Shown here: one piece after another, positions 26,178 to 39,700 of the stretch
How the letters are laid out: every line of letters begins with the position of its first letter
Position numbering within the stretch: position 1 is the stretch's first letter
Assembly: GCA_964016885.1 (NCBI GenBank)
Contig: OZ024740.1
Location: 361,956,001 to 362,020,000, forward strand
Origin: Eledone cirrhosa
Lineage: Eukaryota
Reading direction: 5' to 3'
Length of the DNA: 64,000 bases
Made by a program: the position numbers and the translations under genes
The notes under the pieces: generated by a model
The model's input: the letters and a program-made list of their open reading frames with translations, nothing else
What the model was told of the DNA's origin: nothing
Databases searched by the model: none

Positions 26178-26868
26178 CATATCCATGTGATGTTGATGGA
26201 TTTGAAAATGAGTACTCAATCCTGAAATAGTGTTTAAATATTCTGGCTAAGTGATGAATCTTGCTACTCTGGAGTTTCACCTGTGTACTCACAGATCTTG
26301 TGAGTAACAAGGTTCATCACTAAGCCATAATAAAGAATATATATATATATATATGAACCTTGAGACTATTTTCTTGTTATTTCAAGCGTTAAACATATAT
26401 TTCGTCAATGTACTGTGTCGTTTGCTTTGTTAATTCTGTTTACTTTTTACCCCCCACCCATATATAGTAGTAGTAGTAGAAGTAGTAGTAGTGACACTAT
26501 ATCAGTTTTGTTGATAAGTGTTCCAGTTGATACGATCAACAGAACAGCCTGCTCATGAAATTAATGTGCAAGTGGCTGTGCATTCATCAGACATGCATAC
26601 TTTTAACATAGTTTTAATGGAGATTCAGCGTGACACAGAATGTGACAAGGGTGGCCCTTCGAATTATAGGTACAACTCATTTTTGTCAACTGATCTTGAC
26701 TGGAGTAATCTGAAATAAAGTGTCTTGCTCAAGGACACAACACACCACATAGAATCAAACTCATGATTGCGAGCCAAATACTCAAACTACAAAGTCACAC
26801 ACTTTCACAGTGTGTATATATATATATCAACACCGTTTTACATCCATTTTCCACACTAGCATGGGTAT

Positions 26869-26907
<39 letters not shown>

Positions 26908-29900
26908 GTTTAACATTCATTTTCCACGCTAGCATGAGCCTGGACAGGAATTGTCCCACTTGAGGCAAGATTGGTTGTCTTGCTCAGGACTGTCTGGCGG
27001 GTTTTCTACGGCTGGATGCCCTTCCTAACACCAACCACGTTTACAGTGTGGACTGGGAGGTTTTTACCGTGTTACCTACACGGCCACATTACAGCGTGGA
27101 CTGTGTGTTTTTTTTGTCGTGACACCTACACGACCTCATTTATTTAGGACTGGATGTTGTGGTACCAACATAGCTTTACATCGAAAGGGGTGGTGTAGAT
27201 GGCGGTGGGGGTAAGGTTAGTGGGACGGGGGTGTATTTTGGTTAAGAGGTGAATACTGACTGTAGGTTTCACTTTGTACTTAGGCAAGGCGGGTCTTCTG
27301 TATTACTACGTAGCGCCAAAGATCTCGGTCCAGTGACATTGTCTTGGAGAGGTGAAAGAGTGTGAGGTCGGATTTTATCAAGTCGTCCCAGGTTTTTCTG
27401 GGTCTGCCTACTCCGTAGCTACCATCTATTTTGATCGCCCTGCACTTTTTTATACAGCTGTCATCTTTCATGCGCATTATGTGACCATACCAACGTAGTC
27501 TTCTCTCGAGTAAACAGCATCTGATCCCTCTTATTCCTAATTTCTCACTTAGTTCATTTATGCTTTGCCGTTCATGTATATTACTATTACACATCCAACG
27601 GAGCATGCAAGCTTCGTTCCTCTCCAGTCTGTGTAGATCCTCTGCACACAAGGCCCATATCTCACTGCCATGTAACATCGCTGTTCGTATGCAGGCATCA
27701 TACAGCCTGCCTTTTATTTTTAGAGAGAAACCTTTAGTGGCCAATAGTGGTATAAGCTCTCTGAACTTTTTCCATCCCGTTCTGACTCTAGCTACAGTAC
27801 TTCGGAGCACCCTCCACCACTGCTGATTTTGTCACCCAGATAATGGAAGGTGTCCACTATTTCTATAGAACCATCTGGGCAATGGAATGAGCTAGTATTC
27901 TGTGGGCATTTGCTGCTACTTATTGCACCAAAGCACTGGCCACATATAAAATCTTTATTCTTAGTTAGCTTACCTGTGATCCCACTACATCTTTTATGCA
28001 CCTATACTTTGCATTTGGGACATAAAATGGAGTTTCTGCCTACTCCTTTCCTACACACTGAGCATGGCCATTTCCCAGATGGGACCAGTGCCCTATTCTT
28101 CTTCCTACATATTAGAACTTTAGTCTTAGACAAGTTAACTTTAAGGCCTTTTGATTCTAGGCCATGCTTCCATGTTTGGAATTTCTTCTCTAGCTCAGCC
28201 ATTGATTCGGCTATGAGCATTAGATCATCTGCATATAGAAGTTCCCATGGGCAGCCGGTCTTGAACTCCTCCGTTATAGCTTGGAGGGCGATAATAAATA
28301 GGAGGGGGATAAGGACGGAGCCCTGATGAACACCAACTTTTACGCTTAAACTCTTCACTATATTCGTTGTTAATTCTAACCTTGTTGACTGTTTCTTTAT
28401 ACATGGATTGTATAGCTCTCACAAGCTATTCATCTGCACCTAGTTTTCTAAGAGCCCACCAGATAATGGAGCAGGAGACTCTGTCAAAGGCTTTCTCCAG
28501 GTCGACAAAAGCTAAGTAGAGGCATTTACTTTTAGCTAGGTACTTCTCCTGCAGTTGTTGTAGAATGAAAAGAGAGTCTATATATATATATGTATATATG
28601 TTTATGTATCATGACACAATGCACACAGCCTACACTGTAAAGTGGTCTTGTAGGTGTCATGACAAAAAGCACCCAACCCACCCTGTAAAGTGGTCATGTA
28701 GGTGTCACGACAAAAATCTCTCAGCACACACTGTAAATGTGGTTGGTGTTAGGAAAGGCAACTAGCCATAGAAACCAAGCCAGAAACAGTTCTGAATGAG
28801 CAAGACACGGTCACCTGAACCGACTTGCCTCAAATAGGACAACCCATCTAACCGATGCTAACATGGAAAATGGATGTTAAACGATGATGATGTATATGAG
28901 TGTATGTAGGTGTGTGTATGTGTAGATGTGTGTTGTCTATGTTTTGGACCTCCATTGATTTTAATAATGAGTGTTCCAATTTGACCATTAGAACAACCAG
29001 CTCATCAAATCAACATGCTAGTAGCTGAGCATTTCATATATACATATGCCCTTAACTAATTTCTTTTGGCGATTCAGCATGACACAGTGAGTGCAAGGCT
29101 GGTTTTTGAACTGCAGCTACCTGTTTTTTCCAGCTGAATGGACTGGAGAATCATGAAATAAAGTATCTTACTCAAGGACACTACATGTTACTGTGAATCA
29201 AATCCCAGATCATGAATCAAACACTCTAACCATTAGGTCATACACCTTCACACACACTTACATATACATATTAGCATAGCACCCATCAGGAATAATGGGG
29301 TTTATAGTAACAAATATTTAATTTAATAATTCCTTGATAATAACATTCTATATAAAATTGGTTGAATACTCGATTTTACAAATCCTTCTTTCTCTTGTCA
29401 CTCCAGATATTGCAGTGTTTCATTTTACATTCATTTAAATAAATTATAAGTGTCTTCTATATTTTCTTTAATCATTATCAAACATATATCAACAAAATTC
29501 TGATGACTTTGTTCTATATATCTATTTATCTATCTATCTTCGGATTGCTATTGGGATTTGTGCTTTGTTGTTGTTGTTCTTGTCTGAAGATCAATCCATT
29601 GGTAAATATACATGACAACTATAGATTAATAGTCAGACATAAATAGATAGAGAGGTATGGTAGGTAGATATATAGACATATATATCTACATTTAGGTATA
29701 AAGATAGATAGATAAAAATTGACAGACAGAGATCGATAGATATTCTCTGAAGATACATAGGTTGGTAGCTACAGATAGCTGTTGTTCCCATTGGTGGCTA
29801 CATTGTGAAAGATGAAAGGATGAAGATATAAAATTTTGCCATGACAAAAAGTCCCCAAACTACCCAGTAAAATGGTTGTGCTACTACCACAACAAAAAAA

Positions 29901-30421
29901 ACCCCACCCAGTTGGTCCAGTAAATTGGTAGTGCTACGAAAATGGCTCCTGGTACACGCCGTGTTGTGTTTGGTGTTAGGAAGCATATCCAGCAGTAGAA
30001 AATCAAGCCAAAAGCAGATCTGTTTGAGCAAGACATGGTCATTTGACCTGGCTAATCTCATAACATGACAACCCATCTAAACCATGCAAGCATGGAAATA
30101 GATGTTAAATTGTACTTATTTTGAAATTACTATGTTATTTCAGCTATGTTATTTTCTGTTCATTTTCTTATCCTCTCTCTCTCTATTCAAATTTTGTCTA
30201 CTCTTCATTCCTGTTCATCATCTTTTAAAGTACTCCAGCATAGTGTTTAACTATCTTACTAAGCATTGTGACCACTACAGGGGTTGAAACTGTGTAAGTT
30301 CATTCTGACAGCTGAAGACTATGGTGCTTTCATGTATATATCAATTTATGTCCTTTATTCATTTAACCATTTCTGTTCTTGTATTGTTATCTGTATTTTA
30401 CCTTATCTGTACCAATTTTGG

Positions 30422-30491
<70 letters not shown>

Positions 30492-30656
30492 GGTGTTTAG
30501 TCATAAGCCTTTAAAAATATTTTCATATATATACACACACACACACATTGAAAGGTGGTGATCAGGTGGTACATGACAGGCATATAAAATATGATAATGT
30601 AATGTGCCATCCTAACCAGAAAGGACATGAAAATATTTTTAAAGGCTTACGACTAA

Positions 30657-30702
<46 letters not shown>

Positions 30703-33700
30703 TGAGATGTTACTAGTTAAGACCAGTAAGACCATCATTTAAGTTAGTATTCTATACTTAGGGAAAGTATTATTATAAGGATTCTTTGCCCAACAACTAA
30801 GCTTAAACTCTTACAATAGTAAATGAGAAATTATTCATTTGAGTGTATCTCTTCAGAGGTAGAGCTATACATTGATTGACAGGTGGAGAAGTAGAAGCAA
30901 AATCTACAATGAAACCCAAGTAAAAAACAAAAAGATCAAAATTAAAGATTTGACTAGAATGAAATGGAATCAGAACTCTCACTAGGTTATTGAATATTAT
31001 GGTTTGACTATCTAGATCAGGGGTCTCAAGTACACAATCACAGGGTGCATACAGCAGAACCATTTTCATGATTAATATTTTCATAAAACTTGGTAATTTA
31101 TCTTTCACATCTTCCATATTCTTGCAATTTACCAATGAAATATAATAAAATGGAAAAAAAAACAATTTATCAAAAGTGAAAACAAAAATAAAGGAATTTA
31201 CCAAAATTTGAAACAGAAAATTTGTCCTCCTACTTACTATCATATGAGTATTCAACACCTATCAGCTGTATTACTGATTAGTATTATAACTGGTGGAAAT
31301 CACATCTCCACCTCCTGATATAACTTTGGCCTGCTGTGACTCTTCCCCAGACCATATTGCCCTTTTCAGCCTTTGAATTTGAGACTTCTGATCTAGATAG
31401 ATGTTATTTCCATGTTCTCCTATCTTGGTTATTTTCTATTTTTTATGGCTCTGGTTATTAAAGTAGATCTGTCTCTGACTTTGTGTCTCTGTGTCCAAAT
31501 TAATGCATCAAGTTCTACTATTACTTTCTTTTGATTAATGCTGGGGAAGAAAGGAAGGAATGGATTATGTTAGAATCACATTTTTGTGGGTGTTATTCAA
31601 TATGGGTGTTATATGTGTATTGTGTAATAAAGTAGTTCCGTAAATGGTAGATAATTTGGATAATTTGAATTGGTGTTGTTGGTATAGTAATTGTTGGTTA
31701 TGTAATTTTGTTGACTGTTCCTGAATGTTGTATATGTTGGTGACTAGCTATGTGGTATTGTTATACTTATGGTTATGTTTGCTTTATTCTATAAAAGAAA
31801 GTTTTGGCATATAGAGGGCTTCTAAGAGTTATTGGATTTGTATTGTGGATGTCATGTGTATGCATAATTTCTTTCACTATTGTTGAAGCATGTAATTATT
31901 GGTGTCTTGTTATGTGGTATTGGTGTACTTGTCTTTATATATGTGTTAGTCAACAAAAAATCTTTTAACACAGTGGTTGGTTTAATTTTATGTAGGGGTG
32001 CCTGTGTTCTTTCCTGTATGTGGGAGTTATTATATTTGGTGGCTTTCACTCAGGTGTTGTTCATGATTTTGGGTGTGTGTTTGATATGTTTTGATTGGTG
32101 TGTGTATTGTAACCAGTATATTTTATTGGTTTTGAGTGGGTAAAGGTTAGTTGTGTGTATGTGTGTGTGCATAAGAGTAACAAATAATCTCACACTCCAC
32201 GATCATAGACAGATGTGTAGTGGGGGTATGTTTTATATGTATCCTGTGTCTACATGATGTAATGAGTTTGGTTTTTTCTTCCATAAGGATTTATGGCTAG
32301 CAATATCTTTATAGTCTCCTCAAAGCACAGGTTGCATGGATGGTGTCCTTTGATTATATGGTTTGGCTTTCGTCAGGAGACTCCATTGGAACTTGAAAGG
32401 TGTATTTATTTTGTGTTGCTTGGGAGTGTTGAAACATGTTTTACCCTTAACACCCTGTAATGTTTTAGCAGAAAATATCTAAAAACAGTGTCTGTTACTT
32501 CAAGTGTTTATAGTATCTTTACTAATTGACTGACTATTGTGAACATTTTCAGTATTAAAATAAAACATATAATGCTGAATGTGGTACAGTCTTAGTAATG
32601 TTTCATACTTTTCAAGAATGTCTTGCTAATGCAATTTCATATGGTACAGAACATTAAAAGTTAAATTATTGTAAGAAACCGTTTATAATATATAAAATAT
32701 CCATTTTGGTAATATTAGTTTCTTCTTTATATTTTGGTGGTGTAAAGAAACTATCTGTTAATTACTATAATGAATATCATCAAAATAAGTATATTTTTAC
32801 ATGTTAGCCAAGAAATTGTTTACTTAATGATCCATAAAGAATATAAGAAACTTTGCAAACTATAAAAGCTGTCAAAATATAATTAAGAAAAATAAATAAA
32901 CAGTCAGATTAGACTAAGGAAACAATATTTCTATTGCTTATTCCATCGCTGAGTCTATCTGCTAGGCACAACTTCCGGCAGAATCAGCAATGTAAAATAG
33001 TATGCTGAAGAACACAACACACTACCTGCCAGTCCAATAATTTAACTCACAACCCTATGATCATAAATCAAACACCCTAACTACCAAGTCACTAAGTATT
33101 ATAAAAATCCATTCTTATTTAACATATAAAAACAGTTTGGTAATAATATTTCTTTTAGTTATTTTTCAGGTGTATTAAAGAAATTATATACAATCTGTTA
33201 ATTACTATAAGTATGATAAAAATAAATATAGTTTTATAGCCAAGAGAATTGTGTATTTTATGCATTTTTTCTTCTACTTAACGATCATATAGAATATAAG
33301 AAATTTTGAAAACTAGAAAAGCTGTCAAAATATAATTGTACATTAAATAAATAAACATTAAAACCCTATCACAAACATCTCTGTAATCCCATTTTCATCT
33401 ACTTAAATTACTATATGTCAACAAATACTTTGTGAGTCATATAAAAATGCTCTCAAATTTGTATTTACATGTTAAACTTCTTTACACAACATGTATATTT
33501 ACATAAAATAATGATGTGCTGAATAAATACTTACATAGTTTTCTATTTCTGTTTAAAGTACCAAAATGCATTTTTTCCTGTTCACACTTCTGAAATATAT
33601 GTGCTTGTGTTATTCTTCTTTTGTTATTATATAATTAACCACTTATTTATTTATCTTTTGCAGGAGGAGCCCAAAATCAGTGAGTATATTTGATAGAAGA

Positions 33701-36700
33701 CACCAGCTTCCTTTTCTATTATATTTAACATAATTGAGGGCAGGAGGGTGGCAGAAGTTTTGGTGTGTCAGATGAAATGCATTGCAGTATTTCATTTTTG
33801 TATATATTGTATGGTCAAGTAACTCCTGATAGTGTCATAGGGATGCCGTATTGACATACAGCATTTCTTGGGCCTTTTAAGCCTGGCAGAGACCATCCCT
33901 CTCCAGGCCTGAGTACAGCAGATTTCTTCTAGAGAGCGGAAGAATCAATTCCAGTACTAGACTAGTAATTTTTTATCGACCTCGAAAGTATGAAAGGCAA
34001 AGTTGACCTCAGCAGGATTAGAACTCAGAGAGCAGAGAGCCAGAACAAATACCATAAAGCATTCTATCCAACATTCTAATGACTCTGCCAATTCACTACC
34101 TAGTATTTCATTACAGCCTTCTATATTCTGGTTCCAAATCCTGTTGAGATCAACTCTGCCGTTCATCCTCTGGTACAAATGAAATAAAAGTAATGAACAG
34201 GAGTCAGTATAATTGACTTTCTATTTCACCCCAAATTATTGGCCTTCTACCTAAATTAAAAATTATTATATATAACATTGACCAAATGGATGTGTTACTT
34301 AACCCTGGTATAAACATTATACTAACATCTGATTGTAGACTATTTTGAAAGCATGCGTTTTTGTTTGTTTGTTTGTTTTTTAGAAGTATTAAGTTGAACT
34401 GAGTTTTTACTATTTGGGAACCACACTAACTGCTACATTCAGTCCCACTTCCACAGAATGTCTGCTTCTGGAATTCCTTGCCTGCTCATGTTTTTCATGG
34501 AGTTGCCAAATTGCAACTCTTCAAGAGGAATATTAATCATGTTGGTCCTCCCAATATCAAAGGATGTGTAAAGGCATTGACATGGCTCATTATTTCACAC
34601 TGACTCAAGGAAGATATTTTTAAAAAATAAGGAAAACCAGTCATAATATTTATTATCACTTTGAGTTAACTATCTCTGAAATTTATTCAGGTTGATATGG
34701 CCTTTAATTCTTGACTTATAGTTTTAAAAATATTTGTTTCTGTTGATTTACAAAAGGTCCTATATTTTTTCAGAGTCAATATAAGATTTGTTGATTTTTA
34801 CACATTTTTACACATTTCTTAAGGGCGTTAATGAGGTTATTGAAGTGAAAAGATTTCAACCAGGAAATGAAGCCCTGACATAGACTTGACTCATCAGTTT
34901 CAACAAACCAGTAAAAAACTATTTCCATAAAAAGTTAAAGAAGTTAATGAAGTCTCAACACAATTGGCTGATATCTCTTTATTTGTCCATAAATATATTG
35001 TATATACATACAATGTACTTACATCTGTCTATACATACTTTCTCTTATTCAGTTCCTTTTGTTGCCTATGGAACATTGAGAAACAAATCTTGACATTGAA
35101 GATATTACTTGTCAGAAGCTGAGCATCCTATCGGCTCTGGTTTGATCCCCTCATAGATGTGCAATCACCTTGCTGCTTTGTTAATGAATGATTGGATCTG
35201 TTTACCATTTCTGTAGCAATTTTGATTAATAGAGGTAAGGTAGCTAGCCTTGTGCTCCATCCTTCCTCCCTTCTCAACACCAGCTGAAAACTTATCTAAT
35301 ATTTTGAAGTCAAGGAGTGAGGTTTCATAACCCTAGATAGGAGTCAATTCTATGAACTATAAGCTAGAGCCAGTAATGCCTGAAGTCCCTACACACTACC
35401 CACATACAGTGTTGGCTAAAAATATTACCAATCACTTGATAAATGTTTAAAGCTACTGTATATTTAAGAATGACAAACTCTGGAATTATTATTTTGAAAT
35501 AGTTTGGAAGGAGGGGAAACTGCATGATATATTAAAAAAAAAAAATACAAAGTTAGGATGTTAATTTCTAATGATTGAACACACCACCAAAATAATAAAA
35601 TCTGATTTATTAAAATAAGTATACTAAATATACATTGATCCCATTAGAACTACATGTTGATAAAGTAAAGAAGATTATATATAACAATTCTTAATGCCAT
35701 GTACCACATAAAGTAGTATTAGCAAAGCATACTTTAAAATTGCAAATTTTTAGAGTTCAATAACAAAGATACTATAAACTTTTGAATTAACAAATCTCCT
35801 AAATCCTTACAGGATGTTAAGAATTAATGCAATGACATTTTTGTAACAGCTGCATCTCACACTTCTAAGAAACTACTGAAAAGAAAAAAAAAGAGAAATT
35901 TATTGATAAAACAATTGTCAAAATATACCTAAAATATATGAAATGTTGCAATTGAGAAGTCTAATCTGAGAAAAAAGCAAAGGGTTAGGTGTCAAATTAA
36001 AATGTATGAGTGGTGTTTCTTAGTGGTATGAGTTTGAGATAATAGTTTTAAATGTAAAAATTATTATCTTCATAAATTGAAAATATTAGCTACACTGAAG
36101 CATTCACTTTCACTAGCCATACTTTCTAATAACATAGTGTGTGTATATATATGTATATATATATATATATATATCCTAACACCTACCCACCCACATCTGT
36201 CCATACCACCCTTACACTGTAAAGTTATGTTGGTATCACAACAAAAAAGCATCCAGCCCATACTGTAAAGAGGTCATGGCTATCTGATTTGTGCATCCTG
36301 TTTTTTGTGGTCTTAAACTTCTACACCATCTTTTTTTGTTTTGTTTTGTGGTGCATTTTTCATCATCATCATCATTTTACGTCCGCTTTTCCCTGCTTGT
36401 GAGGGTTGGATGGGACCTATTCAGCACAGCATCTCTCCACTTGTCACGGTCCTTCGTCATCTCCTCGGTGAGTTTCAGCAATCTAAGGTCTGCTCTCACC
36501 ACCTCTGCCCATGTTTTTCGTGGTCTACCTCTACTGTGTCTTCCTTCTACTGGGATTTCTTGGCACTTCTTTACCCAGCGGTCATCCTCCATGCGCATCA
36601 CATGTCCATACCATCTCAGCCTTCTCTCCTGCACACCACAACTTATCCCTCTTATACCCAGTTTCTTTATCAACTCGTCTATGCTTGGTTGTTCACGCAC

Positions 36701-39700
36701 ATTGACATTGAACAACTAATGGAGCATACTTGCTTCACTTCTCTCCAGCCATCGCATATCTTCTGCAGTTGCTGCCCATGTCTCACTACCATGCAGCATC
36801 ACGCATCTCACACAGGCATCATATAACCGTCCTTTCGTATGCAGGGAGAAACCCTTCTTTGTCAACAGAGGAGCAGCTCCCAAAACTTCTTTCAACCCGT
36901 CCTTATTCTAGATACTATAGCCTCGAAACACACCCCCTCCCATGCTAATCTGATCACTTAGGTACCGCAAGCTATCAACCACTTCTATAGAAGCTGGATT
37001 CTTATAGAATTCCAGTAATATTTAAGAGCTGATTAAACAGAGTGATTGCCAGTCCAGCTCTGTTTATTAAATATTACTAGAATTCTATAAGAATCCACTT
37101 TCTACAATTTCGGCAAAGGCAGGGGAGTATGTGGTCTTGATAAACGTTAATAAGCAAGAAACAGACTGTCAATCACTCTCCCTTTGTTTTTGCTGAAAAT
37201 AAGTAAGTGACACAGTCACTACTTTAAAACTCATAGCGAATGGGCTTCAAAATGTTTTTAAGTAAACATACAGTATATTGCCAGATTTACTATACATACA
37301 TTCATGTATACATCGCTATTCCAGAGCTCTAATACTAAAATATATATATATATATATGTGTGTAGATAAGTGCTTGTAGATATATGTATGAACATATCAT
37401 CATCATCATCATCATCCTCATCATTTTACGTCCACTTTTACCTGCTTGCAAGGGTGGGACGGGTCTTATTCAGCACAGCATCTCTCCACTCGTCACAGTC
37501 CTTCGTCATCTCCACTGTGAGCTTCAATGATCTGAGGTCTGTTCTCACCACCTCCGCCCATGTTTTTCGTGGTCTACCTCTACCACGTCTTCCTTCAACT
37601 GGCATTTCCTGGCACTTCTTCACCCATCGGTCATCCTCTATGCGCATCACATGTCCATACCACCTCAGTCTCCCGTACACTACATTCTATCCCTCTCAGA
37701 CACAGTTTCTCTCTCAACACATTTATGCTGGGTTGTTCACGCACATTTACACTGCACATCCAACGGAGCATACTTGCCTTATTTCTCTCCAACCGTTGCA
37801 TATCCTCTGCAGTTGCTGCCCATGTCTCACTACCATGCAGCATCGCGCTCCTTACAGGCATCATACAACCGGCCTTTCGTACGCAGGGAGAAACACTTCT
37901 TCGTCAACAGAGGAAGCAGCTCCCTAAACTTCTTCCAACCTGTCCTTATTCTAGATACTATGGCCTCGGAACACCCTCCTCCCATGCTAATCTGATCTCC
38001 TAGGTACCAGAAGCTATCCACCACTTCTATAGCGCCCTCCTGCATTTGAAAAATGTGTCTATCAATGTGACTTCTACTGTCTAATTTCCCTGTACATCTA
38101 CTGCATACATATTTCTCCCTACCTGTTAGTTTGCCTGCTATCCCGCTACATCTCTTGTGTACCCAGGATCTGCATTGTGTGCATTTTATAGAATTTATGC
38201 CAGTTCCTTTTCTGCATATCGAACATGGCCATTTCCCTGACGGAATCAGAGTTTTGTCCTCTTTTCTACTCATCAACACTTTTGTCTTAGCTAGGTTCAC
38301 TCTCAGTCCTCTTGCTTCCAACTGCTGTTTCCATAGCCAGAATTTATTCTCTAGCTCCTCTACTGATTCTGCTATAAGAACCAGATCGTCAGCATAGAGA
38401 AGTTCCCATGGACAGCCAGTCTTAAACTCTTCTGTTATGGCTTGGAGGACTATAATGAACAAGAGCGGGCTGAGGACCGAACCTTGATGTACTCCTACTT
38501 GTATCTGGAATTCCTCAGTAAACTCCATTCCTACCCTGACTTTACTGAGAGTACCTCTGTACAAAGTTTGCACTGTCCTCACAAGCCATTCCTCAACATC
38601 TAGCTTCCTTAGGGACCACCAGATGACAGATCGGGATACCCTATCAAAGGCCTTCTCTAGGTCAACAAAGGCTAAGTATAGTGGCTTATTTTTCTCTAAG
38701 AACCTCTCTTGCGATTGTCTCACCAAGAAGAGGGCATCTGTTGTACTCTTCCCAGGCACAAAACCAAACTGCATCTGATCTAGTTTGACCCTTTCTCTAA
38801 TTAGTTGTGCTAATATCCTTTCTGTCACTTTCATAACCTGATCTATCAAATTTATACCCCTATAATTGCTCCTCTCCAGAGCATCCCCTTTACCTTTGTA
38901 GCAATTTATGAGAATACTGCTGCACCAGTCTTTGGGTATGACACCACCATATATAGCCTGATTGATGATGCGTGCAACCAGTTTAGTGCCTACGTCCCCT
39001 GATGCCTTCAGCATCTCAGCAACTATTCCCGATGGTCCAGCAGCCTTACCATTTTTCATTTCCCTAATCGCCTCTTGGACCCTATATTCGTCAATCTCAT
39101 ATATATATTTATAATTATATGTATGTATATATATATATATATATATGTATATTTATGTGTGATGTATATACATATATGAATGTATGTATGTGTGTGTATG
39201 TATATATATATATGTGTGTATATATATATATGTGTGTGTGTGTGTATATATATATGTGTGTGTGTGTATGTATATATATATGAATGTGTGTATGTATATA
39301 TATATGAACGTGTGTATGCATATATATATGCATATATATATATGTATGCATATATGCATATATATGTATGCATATATGCATATATATGTATGCATATATG
39401 CATATATATATATATATATGTATGTATGCATATATATATATATATATATATGTATTTATATTTGTATATATATATATATGTATATATGTTTTTGTATATA
39501 TATATATATATATAAGCATGTGTATATATGTATGTCATCATCATTTAATGTCCATTTTACAATGCTTGCTTGGGTTCAATGACTTATCACATTATGAGAC
39601 AAATCATGTCTTGCTCATACGGATCTCTATTTTGGTTTTGCTTCTACTGCTAGATTGTGTTCCTAATGCCAACCACATTACCATCTGAACTGGGTGCTTT

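Noticed and set aside
30803-31258. 151-aa minus-strand ORF
   Set aside because: No recognisable motif, no supporting splice structure and AT-biased composition.
32500-32650. Shared sequence about 1.06-1.08 kb upstream of both microexons (also 57440-57590) as a splicing regulator
   Set aside because: Similarity extends over about 200 bp with TTAA/TIR-like ends, so it is better explained as two copies of an old MITE; the equal spacing is probably coincidence.
39056-39688. Many 90-160 aa ORFs rich in YI/HT/VC (also near 6741, 15605, 26014, 30284, 57923)
   Set aside because: Translations of dinucleotide microsatellites.
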